From Chamaesiphon sp. (GTDB taxonomy: Bacteria > Cyanobacteriota > Cyanobacteriia > Cyanobacteriales > Chamaesiphonaceae), in the NCBI GenBank assembly GCA_965246715.1, contig CBDFFH010000039.1:83754-147753 (forward strand): DNA of 64,000 nucleotides, read 5' to 3'. Shown here piece by piece: positions 49,456-61,324 of this stretch. The notes under the pieces are model-generated. The model searched no databases, was not told where the DNA came from, and saw nothing but the letters and a program-made list of their open reading frames with translations. Numbering within the stretch: the first letter of the stretch is position 1; the number at the start of each line of letters is the position of its first letter. A program made the translations under genes and the position numbers.

Positions 49456-50964
49456 CTAGATCCAATCAAACAACCAAAAATTCCACAATCGAAGACTTAA
49501 ATCTGTTTTTTCGATCGATAATCCTAAATAAATCGGCAGCCAAAATACAAACGCCGCAGCAACGCCGAATATTGTTGTCAACCCAACGATCTGTAAAAGT
49601 TTAGAACTGCTCCGCAACCATATATCTACCCACCAAGCTAAACCGACGATCGCAAATAAGACGGCACCCATGTAATGGTAAATAAACAAGCAACGGGTAA
49701 CTTTTAGCCATGGTAACAAGTTTACAGCATAGTTAATCGCGATAAATATCGGCACACTTATTGCCTGAACGTTTAGTTCCCGTGTCGAGCTGCGAACTGA
49801 CTCTTTGATAATCGACCAAAGTGAGACAAAAACTGTAACTAATGCCAACCACCATAACAGTGGATTGCCCATCGCATGCACGTCATAATAATAATTTGGC
49901 TTGTATTCTTTGAAATAGTAAGCTAAGGGACGAAAAAGTAACGGCCAAGTATACCAGTTGGAGCAATAAGGATGGATATCGCGACCGTTACCGACGTGCT
50001 CGTGATAATTTAAAATCGACCATTGTACGTCTAGAAAATTGGGCGTGGGATTTTGAATGAGGTGTGGAATCCATAACAGACTGTAAGCGATTGGCGGGAT
50101 AATTACTAATGTCGCAAATATTTTAAACAAATCGATACTCGATAGTCTAATCAAGATGGAGTTGGGAAAATTCCAGTCTCGATCTGTACTGCGAACGAGT
50201 AATAATTGCTCTTTGAGTACTACATCTTTTGATACTATTCCGCGTAAGATTCTAGCTATTGCTAACAGTAGATAGATACCTAGTAAGAATGATAATCCAT
50301 TCCACTTACAGGCGGCTGATGCACCAAAAGAAGTCCCCGCACCGACCATAAATAATAGTTGCTGTCTACCATTACTTCTACTAGCAATTAGTACGAGAAA
50401 TTGGCCGAGTAATCCAAAAAATATTAAATAGATATTATTGAGTGCGTAGCGAGAATCAACGAGAAATAAACCGTCTAAACTAATAAATAAAGCTGCCAAA
50501 AATGCAAAGCTCAATCGCTGCGTAAGTTGATAAGCGATCGCGGCTACTAACGGCGGAATTAACGAACCAAATAAGGCATTCATCCACCGATAACTAAACG
50601 TAGAACGGATCGATCCGGTGAGGTCGTTGGTAGTCTCTCGACCGATCGGTAACATATCTCCAATCCAAATACCGATCGCAATTAAATATTGACTTAGCGG
50701 TGGGTGAGAGTTAAAAAATTTGGTATTAGTAAGATAATTATTAGCAAATTTTGCATAGTAAACTTCGTCGAACACAAATACATTAAATCGATCTAATCCC
50801 CAAAATCTTAAGGCGATCGACACTAAAAAGACAGTCAGCATTCCCCAAATTGCCAGCTTTTTATTCTGCTTATTGTCTAGATCTAATAACATCGATCGCT
50901 TAATTATCTTTATAAGGTTGTCAATAGAGCTTGACAGGTGCAAGTATGCCCACACCTGGCGCAA
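49456..50964 (-). CDS. Protein O-mannosyltransferase-like (PMT/GT39) glycosyltransferase; the likely start is 50892
   Basis: VFDEVYY, HPPL, CKWNG, HPYCS, GNPLLWW and FIYHY. Confidence 0.88.
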   Translation of the reverse strand: MRQVWAYLHLSSSIDNLIKIIKRSMLLDLDNKQNKKLAIWGMLTVFLVSIALRFWGLDRFNVFVFDEVYYAKFANNYLTNTKFFNSHPPLSQYLIAIGIWIGDMLPIGRETTNDLTGSIRSTFSYRWMNALFGSLIPPLVAAIAYQLTQRLSFAFLAALFISLDGLFLVDSRYALNNIYLIFFGLLGQFLVLIASRSNGRQQLLFMVGAGTSFGASAACKWNGLSFLLGIYLLLAIARILRGIVSKDVVLKEQLLLVRSTDRDWNFPNSILIRLSSIDLFKIFATLVIIPPIAYSLLWIPHLIQNPTPNFLDVQWSILNYHEHVGNGRDIHPYCSNWYTWPLLFRPLAYYFKEYKPNYYYDVHAMGNPLLWWLALVTVFVSLWSIIKESVRSSTRELNVQAISVPIFIAINYAVNLLPWLKVTRCLFIYHYMGAVLFAIVGLAWWVDIWLRSSSKLLQIVGLTTIFGVAAAFVFWLPIYLGLSIEKTDLSLRLWNFWLFDWI

Positions 50965-50981
50965 TTGTTGTAGTCTATCGG

Positions 50982-51815
50982 TTACGAAGTTCGCGCTGAT
51001 TCGACCGATGGCTGAAAAGGAAGTTGCCGATATTTAAGATAGTAGCCACCCAGGCTGAATAAAATAATTAAGAGTGCGCCAATCCCCAAGGGATTTGGCA
51101 ACCAAAAAACCGCATCGATATGATTTAATTTTCCTGGCTGGAGTTGCCAATTTATCTGACGATCGTTTACATTTTTAGTACCCACGATATCGGTCGCTCG
51201 ATCGCTACTTTTTACGCCCCAAGGACTGCTCAAGCTAAAATCTAAATCGACAGAATTTACTGCAGTTATTGCCACATTTGGATCGATCGATTTAACAGCT
51301 AGCGAACGCAGATCGATGTCATAAGTGAGATGATTTCGGACTACCAGGAAGAAATTATTTTGCTCGAGCCAAAGTTGCGAGTTGAATTGAGATCGAGTTT
51401 CTGGAGGTGTCGGCTCCGGATTAAAGTATCGATTTATTTTAGTAACTAGTTCCCGAGCGTTATGAAACGGAATGATGACTGTGAGTTCGCGATCGCTAAC
51501 TCGCTCGATCCGACCTGCTGCGCGATTGGTACGTTGCTCGATACTTGCCAGCCACGAACGAACGGCATCTCGATTGAAACTATTTAATTCTTTGCCGAGC
51601 TGAATATGCTCGATAATTTCGCCATGATTGAGACTATAAAAATTGATTCCAGTTTCATATTTAACACAACCAGATAGTGCGAAAGCGAGCGCGATTGCCA
51701 AGACAGATCGCCAGCTTGCACGTTGTCTAACGACGATCGTCAATTGTCGAGCCATCGAACTCAACCATCGATTAATAAAATTAACAAACTTATTTTCGCC
51801 CACGATGATGTTCAT
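50982..51815 (-). CDS. DUF3153-family lipoprotein
   Basis: LSGCVKY lipobox and [24 protein letters not shown]. Confidence 0.8.
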   Translation of the reverse strand: MNIIVGENKFVNFINRWLSSMARQLTIVVRQRASWRSVLAIALAFALSGCVKYETGINFYSLNHGEIIEHIQLGKELNSFNRDAVRSWLASIEQRTNRAAGRIERVSDRELTVIIPFHNARELVTKINRYFNPEPTPPETRSQFNSQLWLEQNNFFLVVRNHLTYDIDLRSLAVKSIDPNVAITAVNSVDLDFSLSSPWGVKSSDRATDIVGTKNVNDRQINWQLQPGKLNHIDAVFWLPNPLGIGALLIILFSLGGYYLKYRQLPFQPSVESARTS

Positions 51816-51953
51816 GTTAGTTACCTCGATCGTTATCGATCTTATCAGAAATACCCCCGACCCAGATCGGTTCGCTCGCCAAGTTGCGACGCTCTACGCG
51901 CGTCGCGATACAATGAGAGAATATTCCGCTCCACATTAATTTTTTATAGTCGC

Positions 51954-53438
51954 ATGACCGTAGCTACCCCGACTAAAATCCAATATGAAGCCGTCATTGG
52001 GTTAGAAACTCACTGTCAACTCAATACTGCTACCAAAATTTTTTGTAACTGTTCGACTGAATTTGGTTCTACTCCCAATCATAATATCTGTCCCGTCTGT
52101 ACGGCGATGCCTGGGGTATTACCCGTCCTGAATGAGAAAGTCCTCGAATACGCCGTCAAAGCTGGCTTGGCGCTCAATTGCCAGATTGCTGCTTATAGTA
52201 AGTTCGATCGCAAGCAATATTTCTATCCCGACTTACCGAAAAATTACCAAATCACCCAATTTGACTTACCCATCGCCGAACACGGCTGGGTAGAAATCGA
52301 AATCCTCGACGAAGCTGGCATCCCTACCCGCAAAAAAATCGGCATCACGCGGATGCACATGGAAGAAGATGCCGGGAAACTCGTTCACGGTGGTAGTGAC
52401 AGATTAGCTGGTTCGAGTTACTCGCTAGTAGACTACAATCGCACCGGCGTTCCCCTCGTCGAAATCGTCTCCGAACCCGATATTCGGAGTGGGATCGAAG
52501 CAGCCGAATACGCCCAAGAAATTCGCCGCATCATCCGCTATTTGGGCGTTGGTGATGGCAACATGCAGGAGGGATCCCTCCGCTGCGATGTGAATATTTC
52601 CGTGCGTCCCGTGGGACGAGTGGAGTTTGGTACAAAGGTAGAGATCAAGAATATGAACTCATTTAGTGCCATTCAACGCGCGATCGATTATGAGATCGAT
52701 CGGCAGATTACCGCAATCGGCAATAGCGAGCCAATCTTCCAAGAAACCCGCCTGTGGGAAGAAGGCACCCAACGCACGATTAGTATGCGGAGCAAGGAAG
52801 GTTCCAGCGATTATCGGTATTTCCCCGAACCCGACTTAACCCCAATGGTATTGGCAGATAGTCAAAAGGCAGCCTGGAATGCTGAATTACCCGAACTACC
52901 CCTCGCCAAGCGCCACCGCTACCAAGACGAACTCGGTTTATCTGCCTACGATACCCGCGTCTTGACAGACGATCGATCGATCGCTGAATATCTAGAAGCA
53001 GCAATTACCGCTGGTGCGGATATCAAGCAAGCAGCAAACTGGGTCATGGGCGACATTACCGCCTACCTAAAAAATCAAAAAATCGGCGTACAAGAGATCG
53101 CACTCACTCCCACGATTCTGGCAGAATTAATCGGCCTAATTGACAATGGCACGATTAGCGGTAAAATCGCTAAAGAAATTCTGCCCGAACTGTTCGAGCA
53201 CGGCGGTTCCGTTAAAGAACTCGTAGAAAGCAAAGGTCTGATCTCGATTTCCGATCCTGCCGAATTAGAAAAAATTATCGACGAAATTATTGCTGTCAAT
53301 CCCAAAGAATTGGAACAATACAAAGCCGGTAAAACTAAACTCTTAGGTTTCTTTGTCGGTCAATTGATGAAACAAACAGGCGGACGTGCCGAACCTAAAT
53401 TGGCTAATCAAATCTTAGGTAAAAAGCTCAACAGTTAA
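51954..53438 (+). CDS. gatB: Asp/Glu-tRNA amidotransferase subunit B
   Basis: [31 protein letters not shown] and [10 protein letters not shown]; the start is set at ATG 51954. Confidence 0.97.
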   Translation: MTVATPTKIQYEAVIGLETHCQLNTATKIFCNCSTEFGSTPNHNICPVCTAMPGVLPVLNEKVLEYAVKAGLALNCQIAAYSKFDRKQYFYPDLPKNYQITQFDLPIAEHGWVEIEILDEAGIPTRKKIGITRMHMEEDAGKLVHGGSDRLAGSSYSLVDYNRTGVPLVEIVSEPDIRSGIEAAEYAQEIRRIIRYLGVGDGNMQEGSLRCDVNISVRPVGRVEFGTKVEIKNMNSFSAIQRAIDYEIDRQITAIGNSEPIFQETRLWEEGTQRTISMRSKEGSSDYRYFPEPDLTPMVLADSQKAAWNAELPELPLAKRHRYQDELGLSAYDTRVLTDDRSIAEYLEAAITAGADIKQAANWVMGDITAYLKNQKIGVQEIALTPTILAELIGLIDNGTISGKIAKEILPELFEHGGSVKELVESKGLISISDPAELEKIIDEIIAVNPKELEQYKAGKTKLLGFFVGQLMKQTGGRAEPKLANQILGKKLNS

Positions 53439-53845
53439 TCGATATCAACCCACATTCCGCTAGTCCAAGCGGTCGAAAAATAATTAAAACGAGGCAATAG
53501 GGATTGTAGCAATTTATTCTCGATCGATTCTCAATAAGTCAAGGTTGATGACAATACTCGATCGAACGCTCAAACCCGATCGATTGGCTATAAGTGTTAC
53601 TAGACAAGGATTCTTGCTCTAATTATTTTTTAGGCGATCGAAACAGCGGAATGTGAGATCGATGTTGTCCTTAGCATCTTTGTATCTACTGGCAACGTTA
53701 TAAGTCAGAATAGATTTAATATCTTCCTCGAATTTGGTGTTTTTTTAGGTTCGATCGCTTTCATGCGGCGATCTTGAGAGCAGAATGTGGTGGAGATCGT
53801 TTCGATCGTTTGCCATTCTCGGATTCGGCAACGTCGAGGCGGGCT

Positions 53846-54598
53846 TTATCTCATGCGATTTAGAATGGGGTGTGCATTCCTGGTGGGAAACCCTTTGGAA
53901 TCAGTGGGTATCAGTTGAGTCTGAAAAGCTGCAAAGAAAGCTTGAAATTTTCCACCTATTTCAACAATAACTGCTCCATCTTGATGTATACCATTTTCCT
54001 GGGAATGGTCTTTGATGCGACCTCCTCGACGTGCGTGTCGAACTACAGGATTGCCTTGGTTCATATGTGTTTCATGCAGGCCATCTTTAGCAGGAAAAAC
54101 AAACCCAAAACCATAAACAGTTGCTTCAGTAGATGGAGGATAAGCATTGCGATCTTCTGCATGTCCTTTTCCCTGATAGTGGTAAGAGAATGGTGGTCTT
54201 GAGAGATCGATGGTTAGCATCTCATTCAGAATATCGTTACAATCATTCGATTCCCCTTCCGCATCGACGGGGACGGGTCGCATTCGAGAGAAATCAATAA
54301 GATCTCGATCGTGACAATAATCTAACTTGGGAAAACCTGTGCTGTGCAGTCCCATCGTCAAGCCTGAAAGATCGGAGCAGAGTGGATGTGCAAAATACTT
54401 ATCCCACGAGTACAGTAAGTGATAACCATCAGCACCAGTCAAACTAGAATCAGACTTCACATTTGTGACAATTTTAAAAAACGAACCCGAATCAGATTCC
54501 AATTCTAATAAAATTACATAATGCGGATTTCCGCCATAGCTATCTAGATAGGGAATTCCATATTTTAGGCGACCTTTAAACACTTGATAACTATTCAC
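53846..54598 (-). CDS. DUF2278 (YukJ-like) protein
   Basis: PHY, NVKS, GLHETHMNQGN, NGIHQDG and AFQTQ. Confidence 0.8.
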   Translation of the reverse strand: MNSYQVFKGRLKYGIPYLDSYGGNPHYVILLELESDSGSFFKIVTNVKSDSSLTGADGYHLLYSWDKYFAHPLCSDLSGLTMGLHSTGFPKLDYCHDRDLIDFSRMRPVPVDAEGESNDCNDILNEMLTIDLSRPPFSYHYQGKGHAEDRNAYPPSTEATVYGFGFVFPAKDGLHETHMNQGNPVVRHARRGGRIKDHSQENGIHQDGAVIVEIGGKFQAFFAAFQTQLIPTDSKGFPTRNAHPILNRMR

Positions 54599-54775
54599 AA
54601 TCGCTCTCCTGATAAAATTCTACTTTATACACTTCGCCGATCGATTACTAATGTCTGGGCGTGGTAAATAAATTCAGCCGAAACACTAGCTTAATTGAAT
54701 TTATTACATTGTGTAGTAAGTGTAATAATTATTGATATTCAGCAAGTTTGCAAGCCTCGATCGAGAGATAGGTTT

Positions 54776-54893
54776 GGGAGCATCCCACTTTTTAAAATTC
54801 TCAAAGATAAAATAAACACGATCGCTCAATAGCCTGATGACTGGTTCTTGATACTTTATTCTACAAACAACTAATAAAAAGTGGGATGCTCCC
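54776..54893. mobile_element. MITE family C (TIR GGGAGCATCCCACTTTTTA)
   Basis: Perfect ~19-bp inverted ends and a 9-bp duplication GATAGGTTT. Confidence 0.88.
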
Positions 54894-55174
54894 GATAGGT
54901 TTCCTGTAGCTGAGCCGATAGGGTCGATCGCTCGATCCTTTCGCAGTAGGAGTATTGCATAGACAGCTGAAGCTCGATCGTTGAACGTTAATATATGATG
55001 TGCCGTAGATCGATCGAAGATATTAAACCTTAATGAAAACTCATTTTAACAGCGCTATGGCTCGCGATCGGCGTTTGCTTTATCTGGCTGGGTTAGTCGA
55101 TCCTCCGCAATGTCATCTCCAACCGACGCAATTAGCCTCAAAGTTCTAGTCTTTAAACTACATCCACTTTCCCC

Positions 55175-56362
55175 ATGTTCGATAGTCTCAATCCGATTTG
55201 GTTATTTCTTGGCGGTGTTGTTTTGCGCTATGGGGGCGACTTGCTCAAGATGGCGATTCAATTTGGATTGCAACGATTGGCTTGTCAGGTGACGATTGCG
55301 GATACCAATCCGATTTATAGTGCTGTCTGTTGGGAGCTAGAACGGACGGGTAAAGTTTATAATTTTAGCGAATTAATTTACACAGCTACACCACTAGTCC
55401 CACCCGCGATCGAGTCACCAACGCTAAAAACCAGGCTGCAACCGCGCAATGGCTGGATTGGCTTGAGTTACAAAGGTGCATATTTGGCAATTCGCCGTCA
55501 TGATTTCAAAGTTACCGATTTACAAAATACCCAGTTAATCACGCTCGTGACATTACGCTCTTGGCAACCGCAGATGTTGGCATGGCTCTCGGCGCTGGAA
55601 GCAAATTACAATCTTGAAGCACCGCTCACAGTCCGGCTGATCGGCGGGACGATTTCGATCGTGCGTACCCAAACCAAACGCCGTCGCGAAACTTTAGCCA
55701 TCGATGCAAAGGTAGAAAGCGAACTCTTTACCGATCTCGATCGGTTTTTAAAAAGTCGGGATATTTATCGTCAACGGGGGATTCCCTGGCGACGCGGATA
55801 TCTCCTCTATGGCCCCCCAGGTACGGGCAAAAGCTCGCTGATTCAAGCGATCGCCAGTCATTACGATCGGCAGCTCGTATCGCTCTCCCTGACCGATATG
55901 GACGATAGTGCGCTGCTCCGCGCTTGGTCGGAAATTACCGCTACTTCTGTTATCGCACTCGAAGATATCGATAGCGTCTTCGAGGGTCGCCGTTCCTTGG
56001 GCGCGCTCTCATTTAGCGCTCTGCTCAATACCCTAGACGGCGCAGGCGCAGTCGAAGGCAGCATCGCTATCCTAACTACCAATCATCGCGAACTGCTCGA
56101 CCCTGCCCTAATTCGCCCCGGTAGGTGCGATCGCGAATTCGAGCTAGGTTATCTGACTGCTGAAAGTTGCGCGAAGATGTTTGAATGCTTTTTCCCCAAT
56201 TCCGAACTCGCCACAGCAGTCGCGGATAAATTGGGTAATTATCTAGTTGCACCTGCGGCATGGCAAAATTATCTTCAAAGTCAAGATGATGCCGATCGAG
56301 CGGTAGAAAATTGTAATTTTGCTAAACTCCAAGCGATCGATGATGAATCAAAAAAGTTTTAA
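55175..56362 (+). CDS. Bcs1-like membrane-anchored AAA ATPase
   Basis: N-terminal TM, GIPWRRGYLLYGPPGTGKSS, LEDIDSVF, LSFSALLNTLDG, TTNH and LDPALIRPGR. Confidence 0.85.
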   Translation: MFDSLNPIWLFLGGVVLRYGGDLLKMAIQFGLQRLACQVTIADTNPIYSAVCWELERTGKVYNFSELIYTATPLVPPAIESPTLKTRLQPRNGWIGLSYKGAYLAIRRHDFKVTDLQNTQLITLVTLRSWQPQMLAWLSALEANYNLEAPLTVRLIGGTISIVRTQTKRRRETLAIDAKVESELFTDLDRFLKSRDIYRQRGIPWRRGYLLYGPPGTGKSSLIQAIASHYDRQLVSLSLTDMDDSALLRAWSEITATSVIALEDIDSVFEGRRSLGALSFSALLNTLDGAGAVEGSIAILTTNHRELLDPALIRPGRCDREFELGYLTAESCAKMFECFFPNSELATAVADKLGNYLVAPAAWQNYLQSQDDADRAVENCNFAKLQAIDDESKKF

Positions 56363-56532
56363 ATATCTAAATCTCGAGCGAGATTATGACTGCTCAGACT
56401 CACTTTCAAGCTGTGATGGAATGTCCGTGGTAAGACGATAAATCACCTGTGTTTGGAGCGACCAGTATTAGGATTTGTTATCACTCTATCTGAACCAAAC
56501 GATTTACCAATCTCTAAATTTAAGGTGTCTAC

Positions 56533-58629
56533 ATGACTGAAATAAACAACCAACCCATTGCACCGATCGAACCAGTTATCGATAATTACTTCGGTAGGGA
56601 TGTAGTAGATAACTATCGCTACATGGAAAACTTCAAGGATCCATCAGTACAACAGTGGGTAAGAGCTACGGCTGACTATACGATCGAGACTCTATCACAA
56701 CTGCCAGGACGCGATGCTTTTGTCGATCGCATGAGGGAATTAGATGCTTCGATTCCCACCAAGGTATATGGCATCCGGCGGCTAGCTAATGGCAACATTT
56801 TCTATCTCAAGATCGATTCACAAGATGATGTCGCCAAACTCCATATGCGATCGAGTCTGGATAGTCCAGAAATTTTATTGGTAGATCCCGACAGATTTCG
56901 CCAGGAGACTGGCAATACTCACGCTATTAATACATTTAACCCATCAGGGGATGGCAAATATGTCATCTACTTAGTTTCCGCCAACGGCTCAGAAGATGCT
57001 TCGCTCTATGTGCTGGACACTCAAACATTACAGGACATCGATGTACCGATTTCGCGGACGGTTGAATCAACTTGCTGGTTGCCCGATAACCGATCGTTTT
57101 TCTATCATCGACTCCAAGAGATGAAAGAAGGAATGGCGGCGATCGAAAGATACCAAAACAGTCAAACCTATTGGCATCGGCTGGGTACAGAACTAGAACA
57201 GGATCGAGTTGTCCTCCAGCATGGAAGCGCACCATTAGAAGATACTTCGCCGACTGTTTGGCCATGTATTACCTGCGTATCGTCTGGCTATGCGATCGCG
57301 GTTATCTTCAATGGGACGCAGCGAAATATCGATGCTTATGTTTCAACGATCGATTCACTCAGCCAAAATGCACCAAAATGGATAAAAATTTGTGATGCTG
57401 CTGATGAAGTTAAGAGTTTTACGGCACATGGATCAGATCTATATTTACGAACTTCTAAGAATGCCGCTCGTTTCAAGATTATCAAAACTTTCTTGACTAA
57501 TCCCGATCTAGCTGCTGCTAAAACCGTGTTGGCTGACGGTGATTCAATCGTCAGGAGTATATTTGCGGCTAATGATGCGTTGTATGCGATCGCTACAAAA
57601 AACGGAATTGGTAAGTTAATTCGGATTACTTATGATGGCAAAATAGAGTGCCTAAAACTACCATCTGATGGAGCTGTCAATTTCCTGAAAAATGACCCTC
57701 TTGCAGATGGAATTCTCATCAGCATCAAAACTTGGACAAAATGTGAGAGCCACTATGAATACAATCCCACGATCGATTTATTGGCCGATTTAGAATTGCA
57801 GCCTAAGGGTAAATATTATGCTCCCCACGATTTAGTTGCGACAGAAGTAACGGTCAAATCTCATGATGGCACGATGGTACCACTGTCAATCATTCACAAA
57901 AAAGGGATGAAACTAGATGGTTCAAATCCCTGTTTGTTGACGGGCTATGGTGGTTATGGTTATTCATTCGACCCCTTCTATCTACAGATTCAATGTGCTT
58001 GGTACGAGCGCGGGGGGATATTTGCGATCGCGCATGTGCGTGGTGGCGGTGAGAATGGTGAAGAGTGGTATCGAGCTGGATTTCAACAAACGAAACCAAA
58101 TACCTGGAAAGATTTTATCGCCTGTGCCGAATATCTAATCGAGGAAAAATATACTTCACCAGCCAAACTAGCAGGTGAAGGTGCAAGTGCTGGCGGCATC
58201 TTAATCGGTAGAGCAATTACCGAGCGTCCCGATCTGTTTGCCGTTGCCATTCCACGGGTAGGTTGTCTGAATGCAGTCCGACTTGAGAGAACACCTAATG
58301 GTATACCTAATATTCCTGAATTTGGTAGTTGTGAGATTGAAGCAGGTTTTCAGGTTCTCTATGAAATGGATTCATTTTTACACGTTCGGGATGGGATCGA
58401 TTATCCAGCGATGTTGATTACGCATGGGATTACCGATCCGCGTGTCGAGCCGTGGCAATCAGCCAAGTTTGCTGCCAGAGTTCAAGCTGCATCGACAAGT
58501 GGTAAACCCGTGTTGCTGCGGATGGATTATGAAGCAGGGCACGGCATTGGCTCGACCAAAACCCAGTTGATTCAGGAGCGTGCCGATATTTTCGCTTTTA
58601 TGATGTGGCAATTTGGGCTGGAGAATTAA
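56533..58629 (+). CDS. Prolyl oligopeptidase (S9A)
   Basis: DNYRYME, VRGGGE, GASAGG nucleophile, DPRV and AGHG. Confidence 0.93.
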   Translation: MTEINNQPIAPIEPVIDNYFGRDVVDNYRYMENFKDPSVQQWVRATADYTIETLSQLPGRDAFVDRMRELDASIPTKVYGIRRLANGNIFYLKIDSQDDVAKLHMRSSLDSPEILLVDPDRFRQETGNTHAINTFNPSGDGKYVIYLVSANGSEDASLYVLDTQTLQDIDVPISRTVESTCWLPDNRSFFYHRLQEMKEGMAAIERYQNSQTYWHRLGTELEQDRVVLQHGSAPLEDTSPTVWPCITCVSSGYAIAVIFNGTQRNIDAYVSTIDSLSQNAPKWIKICDAADEVKSFTAHGSDLYLRTSKNAARFKIIKTFLTNPDLAAAKTVLADGDSIVRSIFAANDALYAIATKNGIGKLIRITYDGKIECLKLPSDGAVNFLKNDPLADGILISIKTWTKCESHYEYNPTIDLLADLELQPKGKYYAPHDLVATEVTVKSHDGTMVPLSIIHKKGMKLDGSNPCLLTGYGGYGYSFDPFYLQIQCAWYERGGIFAIAHVRGGGENGEEWYRAGFQQTKPNTWKDFIACAEYLIEEKYTSPAKLAGEGASAGGILIGRAITERPDLFAVAIPRVGCLNAVRLERTPNGIPNIPEFGSCEIEAGFQVLYEMDSFLHVRDGIDYPAMLITHGITDPRVEPWQSAKFAARVQAASTSGKPVLLRMDYEAGHGIGSTKTQLIQERADIFAFMMWQFGLEN

Positions 58630-58689
58630 TGACCTCGATCTAATTGGACATAATTGGTTCATTATTTAGATCGACTGGTGACTTACTTT

Positions 58690-58975
58690 AATGTGAGTTC
58701 GGGTTAGGGATGTCCACTTAATGACTCCTAGCTTCGTTTCTGAACCGCCCTCAAATGAATTTGCGGATGCGCGCTCCTCGGCTTTGCCGAGGGTTTAGCG
58801 CACCAAGCGAGGGCTAGCAGCAAAAGTTCTCTGACGAGAACTGCCACATCGGTTAGTTCGTTGAAACGAACTTGAGCTATTAGCCCGTTGGCGTAGCCTT
58901 TCGGAACGAAACACTTCTAGTTCAGGGCGGGGTTAGAACGAAGCAAAATGAATTTTCTTCTCCCGAACTGACGTT
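58690..58975. mobile_element. MITE family A copy 3 (expanded)
   Basis: TIRs, ACTTT flanking duplication and internal palindromic insertions. Confidence 0.85.
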
Positions 58976-59048
58976 ACTTTAGTTCAGTCACAATCTTGGG
59001 GATTGAGATCGATCGTATAATTACTCTCGATCGAATAAATGGATAATT

Positions 59049-59318
59049 ATGACTAAATATGTGATGTGGGGTAGTTATTGCGAGGATGTCGTTAATCAAA
59101 GAACGCCTTACCGAGAAGCACATCTGGCTGGATTGGCACAACAAAAAACCGATGGGATCTTAGTCACGATCGGCCCAACAAAAGATTTGACTAAGGTTTT
59201 TGGGATTTATGAAGCGAAGGATGAACTTGTCGTTCGTCAGTTGGTTGAAGCCGATCCCTATTGGCAACATGGCATCTGGACAGAATATCAAATTAAAGAG
59301 TGGATTCAAGCGATTTAG
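59049..59318 (+). CDS. YciI-family protein
   Basis: RTPYREAHL, GPT and ADPYWQHGIW. Confidence 0.88.
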   Translation: MTKYVMWGSYCEDVVNQRTPYREAHLAGLAQQKTDGILVTIGPTKDLTKVFGIYEAKDELVVRQLVEADPYWQHGIWTEYQIKEWIQAI

Positions 59319-59344
59319 AATATTGGATTGAAAGGCATCAATTA

Positions 59345-60309
59345 TAGCAACCGCCAAGGCGGTTAAGACAGTAAGAGCGGATAATAGACAAGCAAGCCCT
59401 GAGTAAATACTGAATGATGCCAAAGCCATATAGTTACGACTTACGTCAAAGAGTAATCGAAGCAATTGAGCTAGATGGGATGAAAAAAAGTGAGGCAGCA
59501 CAGGTATTTCAAGTCAGTCGAAATACAATTCACTTGTGGCTAGCGCAACTCGCCAAGACCGGAGATTATCAAGCAAAACCAAATGAGCCAAGAGGAAATG
59601 GACATAAAATTACAGACTGGGAAAGATTCAAAGAATTTGTGAGAGCAAATGGGGATAAAACTCAAGAAGAAATGGCTAAATTATGGGAGATACCAATTAG
59701 TGACCGAACAATCTCAAGAGCCTTAAAGAAAATTGGATTTAGTCGTAAAAAAAAACTTATGGGTATCGAGAAAGGGATGAAGAAAAAAGAAGAGAATTTA
59801 AGGAAGAGCTAGCTAAATATAGCCGAGAAGAGCAAGTCTATATAGATGAAGCAGGACTGGACAATAGAGATGAATATGGCTATGGATATAATGAGATAGG
59901 GAAAAGGTTTGAGGCACTGAAAAGTGGAAAAAGAGGCGGGAGAATTAATATGATTGCAGCTTGGTGTAATGGACAATTATTAGCACCATTTACTGTAGAA
60001 GGAGCTTGTAACCGTAGCGTATTTGAAATCTGGCTAGAGACTTGTTTAGTCCCAATATTAAAAGCTGGACAGGTAATAATAGCAGACAACGCTACCTTTC
60101 ATAAAGGTGGACGGATTCAAGAAATAATTGAAGCAGCAGGATGCCACTTATTATATCTTGCACCTTATTCGCCAGATCTCAACAAGATTGAGCGATGCTG
60201 GTCATGGCTCAAAAGCCGCATCCGCAAGCAAATGGATAAATTTCCCTGTCTTCGAGATGCAATGGAAGATATTCTCAGCAAAGCGTCCTAACCGCCTTGG
60301 CGGTTGCTA
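59345..60309 (+). mobile_element. IS630-family insertion sequence
   Basis: TIRs TAGCAACCGCCAAGGCGGTTA, TA flanks, and a two-frame transposase. Confidence 0.93.
59414..60291 (+). CDS. IS630 transposase (HTH frame joined to the DDE frame by -1 slippage at A9, 59747-59755)
   Basis: PKPYSYDLRQRV; the -1 frame reads KKTYGYRERD...YIDEAG...DNATFH...PYSPDLNKIE with no stop. Confidence 0.9.
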
Positions 60310-60310
60310 T

Positions 60311-60344
60311 ACAAACAAAGTCCGCCTAGGCGGACTTTGTTTGT
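60311..60344. repeat. REP-like perfect palindrome
   Basis: ACAAACAAAGTCCGCCTAGGCGGACTTTGTTTGT; a related sequence lies near 10307-10326. Confidence 0.65.
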
Positions 60345-60380
60345 ATCGCTGCGATTAAAATTACCAGCATTGCTTTAATT

Positions 60381-60595
60381 AACGTGAGTTCGGGATAAGG
60401 AAAATCGATCTGCTCCGTTCAAGCACCGCCCTGAACTATAAGTTCGGGCTAATAGCAAAAGTTCGTTGAAACGAACTAATCAATTGGGCAGTTCTCTGAA
60501 GAGAACTTTTGCTATGAGCAACTAATTCATTTGAGGGCGGTTCAGAAACGAAGCTAGGAGTCATTAAGTGGACATCTTTAACCCGAACTCACGTT
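60381..60595. mobile_element. MITE family A copy 4 (inverted)
   Basis: Near-identical reverse complement of 10083-10297. Confidence 0.88.
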
Positions 60596-60611
60596 AATTA
60601 GGGTTGAATAA

Positions 60612-61202
60612 TCATTTACCCAAAACTTCTTTAGCAACCGATTGATACTTAGACCAGCCAAATTGGGCGCGGGGGTCGTTGTAATCTCTGATGATGACTC
60701 CTCGACTGGACGATCGCTCAAATGCCACTAGCAGCGGAATATCGACAGTAAACAGCGGCAGTTTAGCTTCTTCGAGGATCGCTCTAGCATTGCGTCCGGT
60801 TTTAGTCCGCGAGTCTACTTGCGTCAGCAGCACTTTATATTTGGCACCCCAGCCTTCGAGCAATTCTACCGACTTGATCGTAGTATCGATATCGAGGTGA
60901 TTTGGTGTGGTAGGGATAATCAGGAGATCGCTACTAGCTACCAAATCTTTTAGCTCGTCTTGTTCGGGACGCGCTTGGGTATCGGTGATAATATGCGTGT
61001 ATTTGCCAATCACTGCCGTAGCACCAGCTTGAGATGAAACTGTAAAGGGTAATTTATCTTCGCGCGACCAAACCAATGCCGAACGGTTGCGATCGGCATC
61101 GATGAGTAATGTAGGGGCGTTTTCTTGAAGGCAGGCAGCAAGGTGAATCGATGTGGTCGTCTTGCCGACACCACCCTTGAGCGCAGTAATGGTAATAATC
61201 AT
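60612..61202 (-). CDS. Short ParA-family ATPase (no parB nearby)
   Basis: KGGVGKTT deviant Walker A, LIDAD and IIPTTP. Confidence 0.9.
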   Translation of the reverse strand: MIITITALKGGVGKTTTSIHLAACLQENAPTLLIDADRNRSALVWSREDKLPFTVSSQAGATAVIGKYTHIITDTQARPEQDELKDLVASSDLLIIPTTPNHLDIDTTIKSVELLEGWGAKYKVLLTQVDSRTKTGRNARAILEEAKLPLFTVDIPLLVAFERSSSRGVIIRDYNDPRAQFGWSKYQSVAKEVLGK

Positions 61203-61324
61203 CTACTAACTGGGATAGCATCCTGAGTTCTAGCATTACTGTAGGCGGTTCGGCGCATTAAAAATCGACCCCTTAACATAAATTAGGGAGTCGATCGAGT
61301 TTTAAATATTTTTTGTAAAATCTA

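Noticed and set aside
51723..51953. N-terminal extension of GatB in the ORF track
   Set aside because: It overlaps the divergent DUF3153 gene; the conserved GatB sequence starts at ATG 51954.
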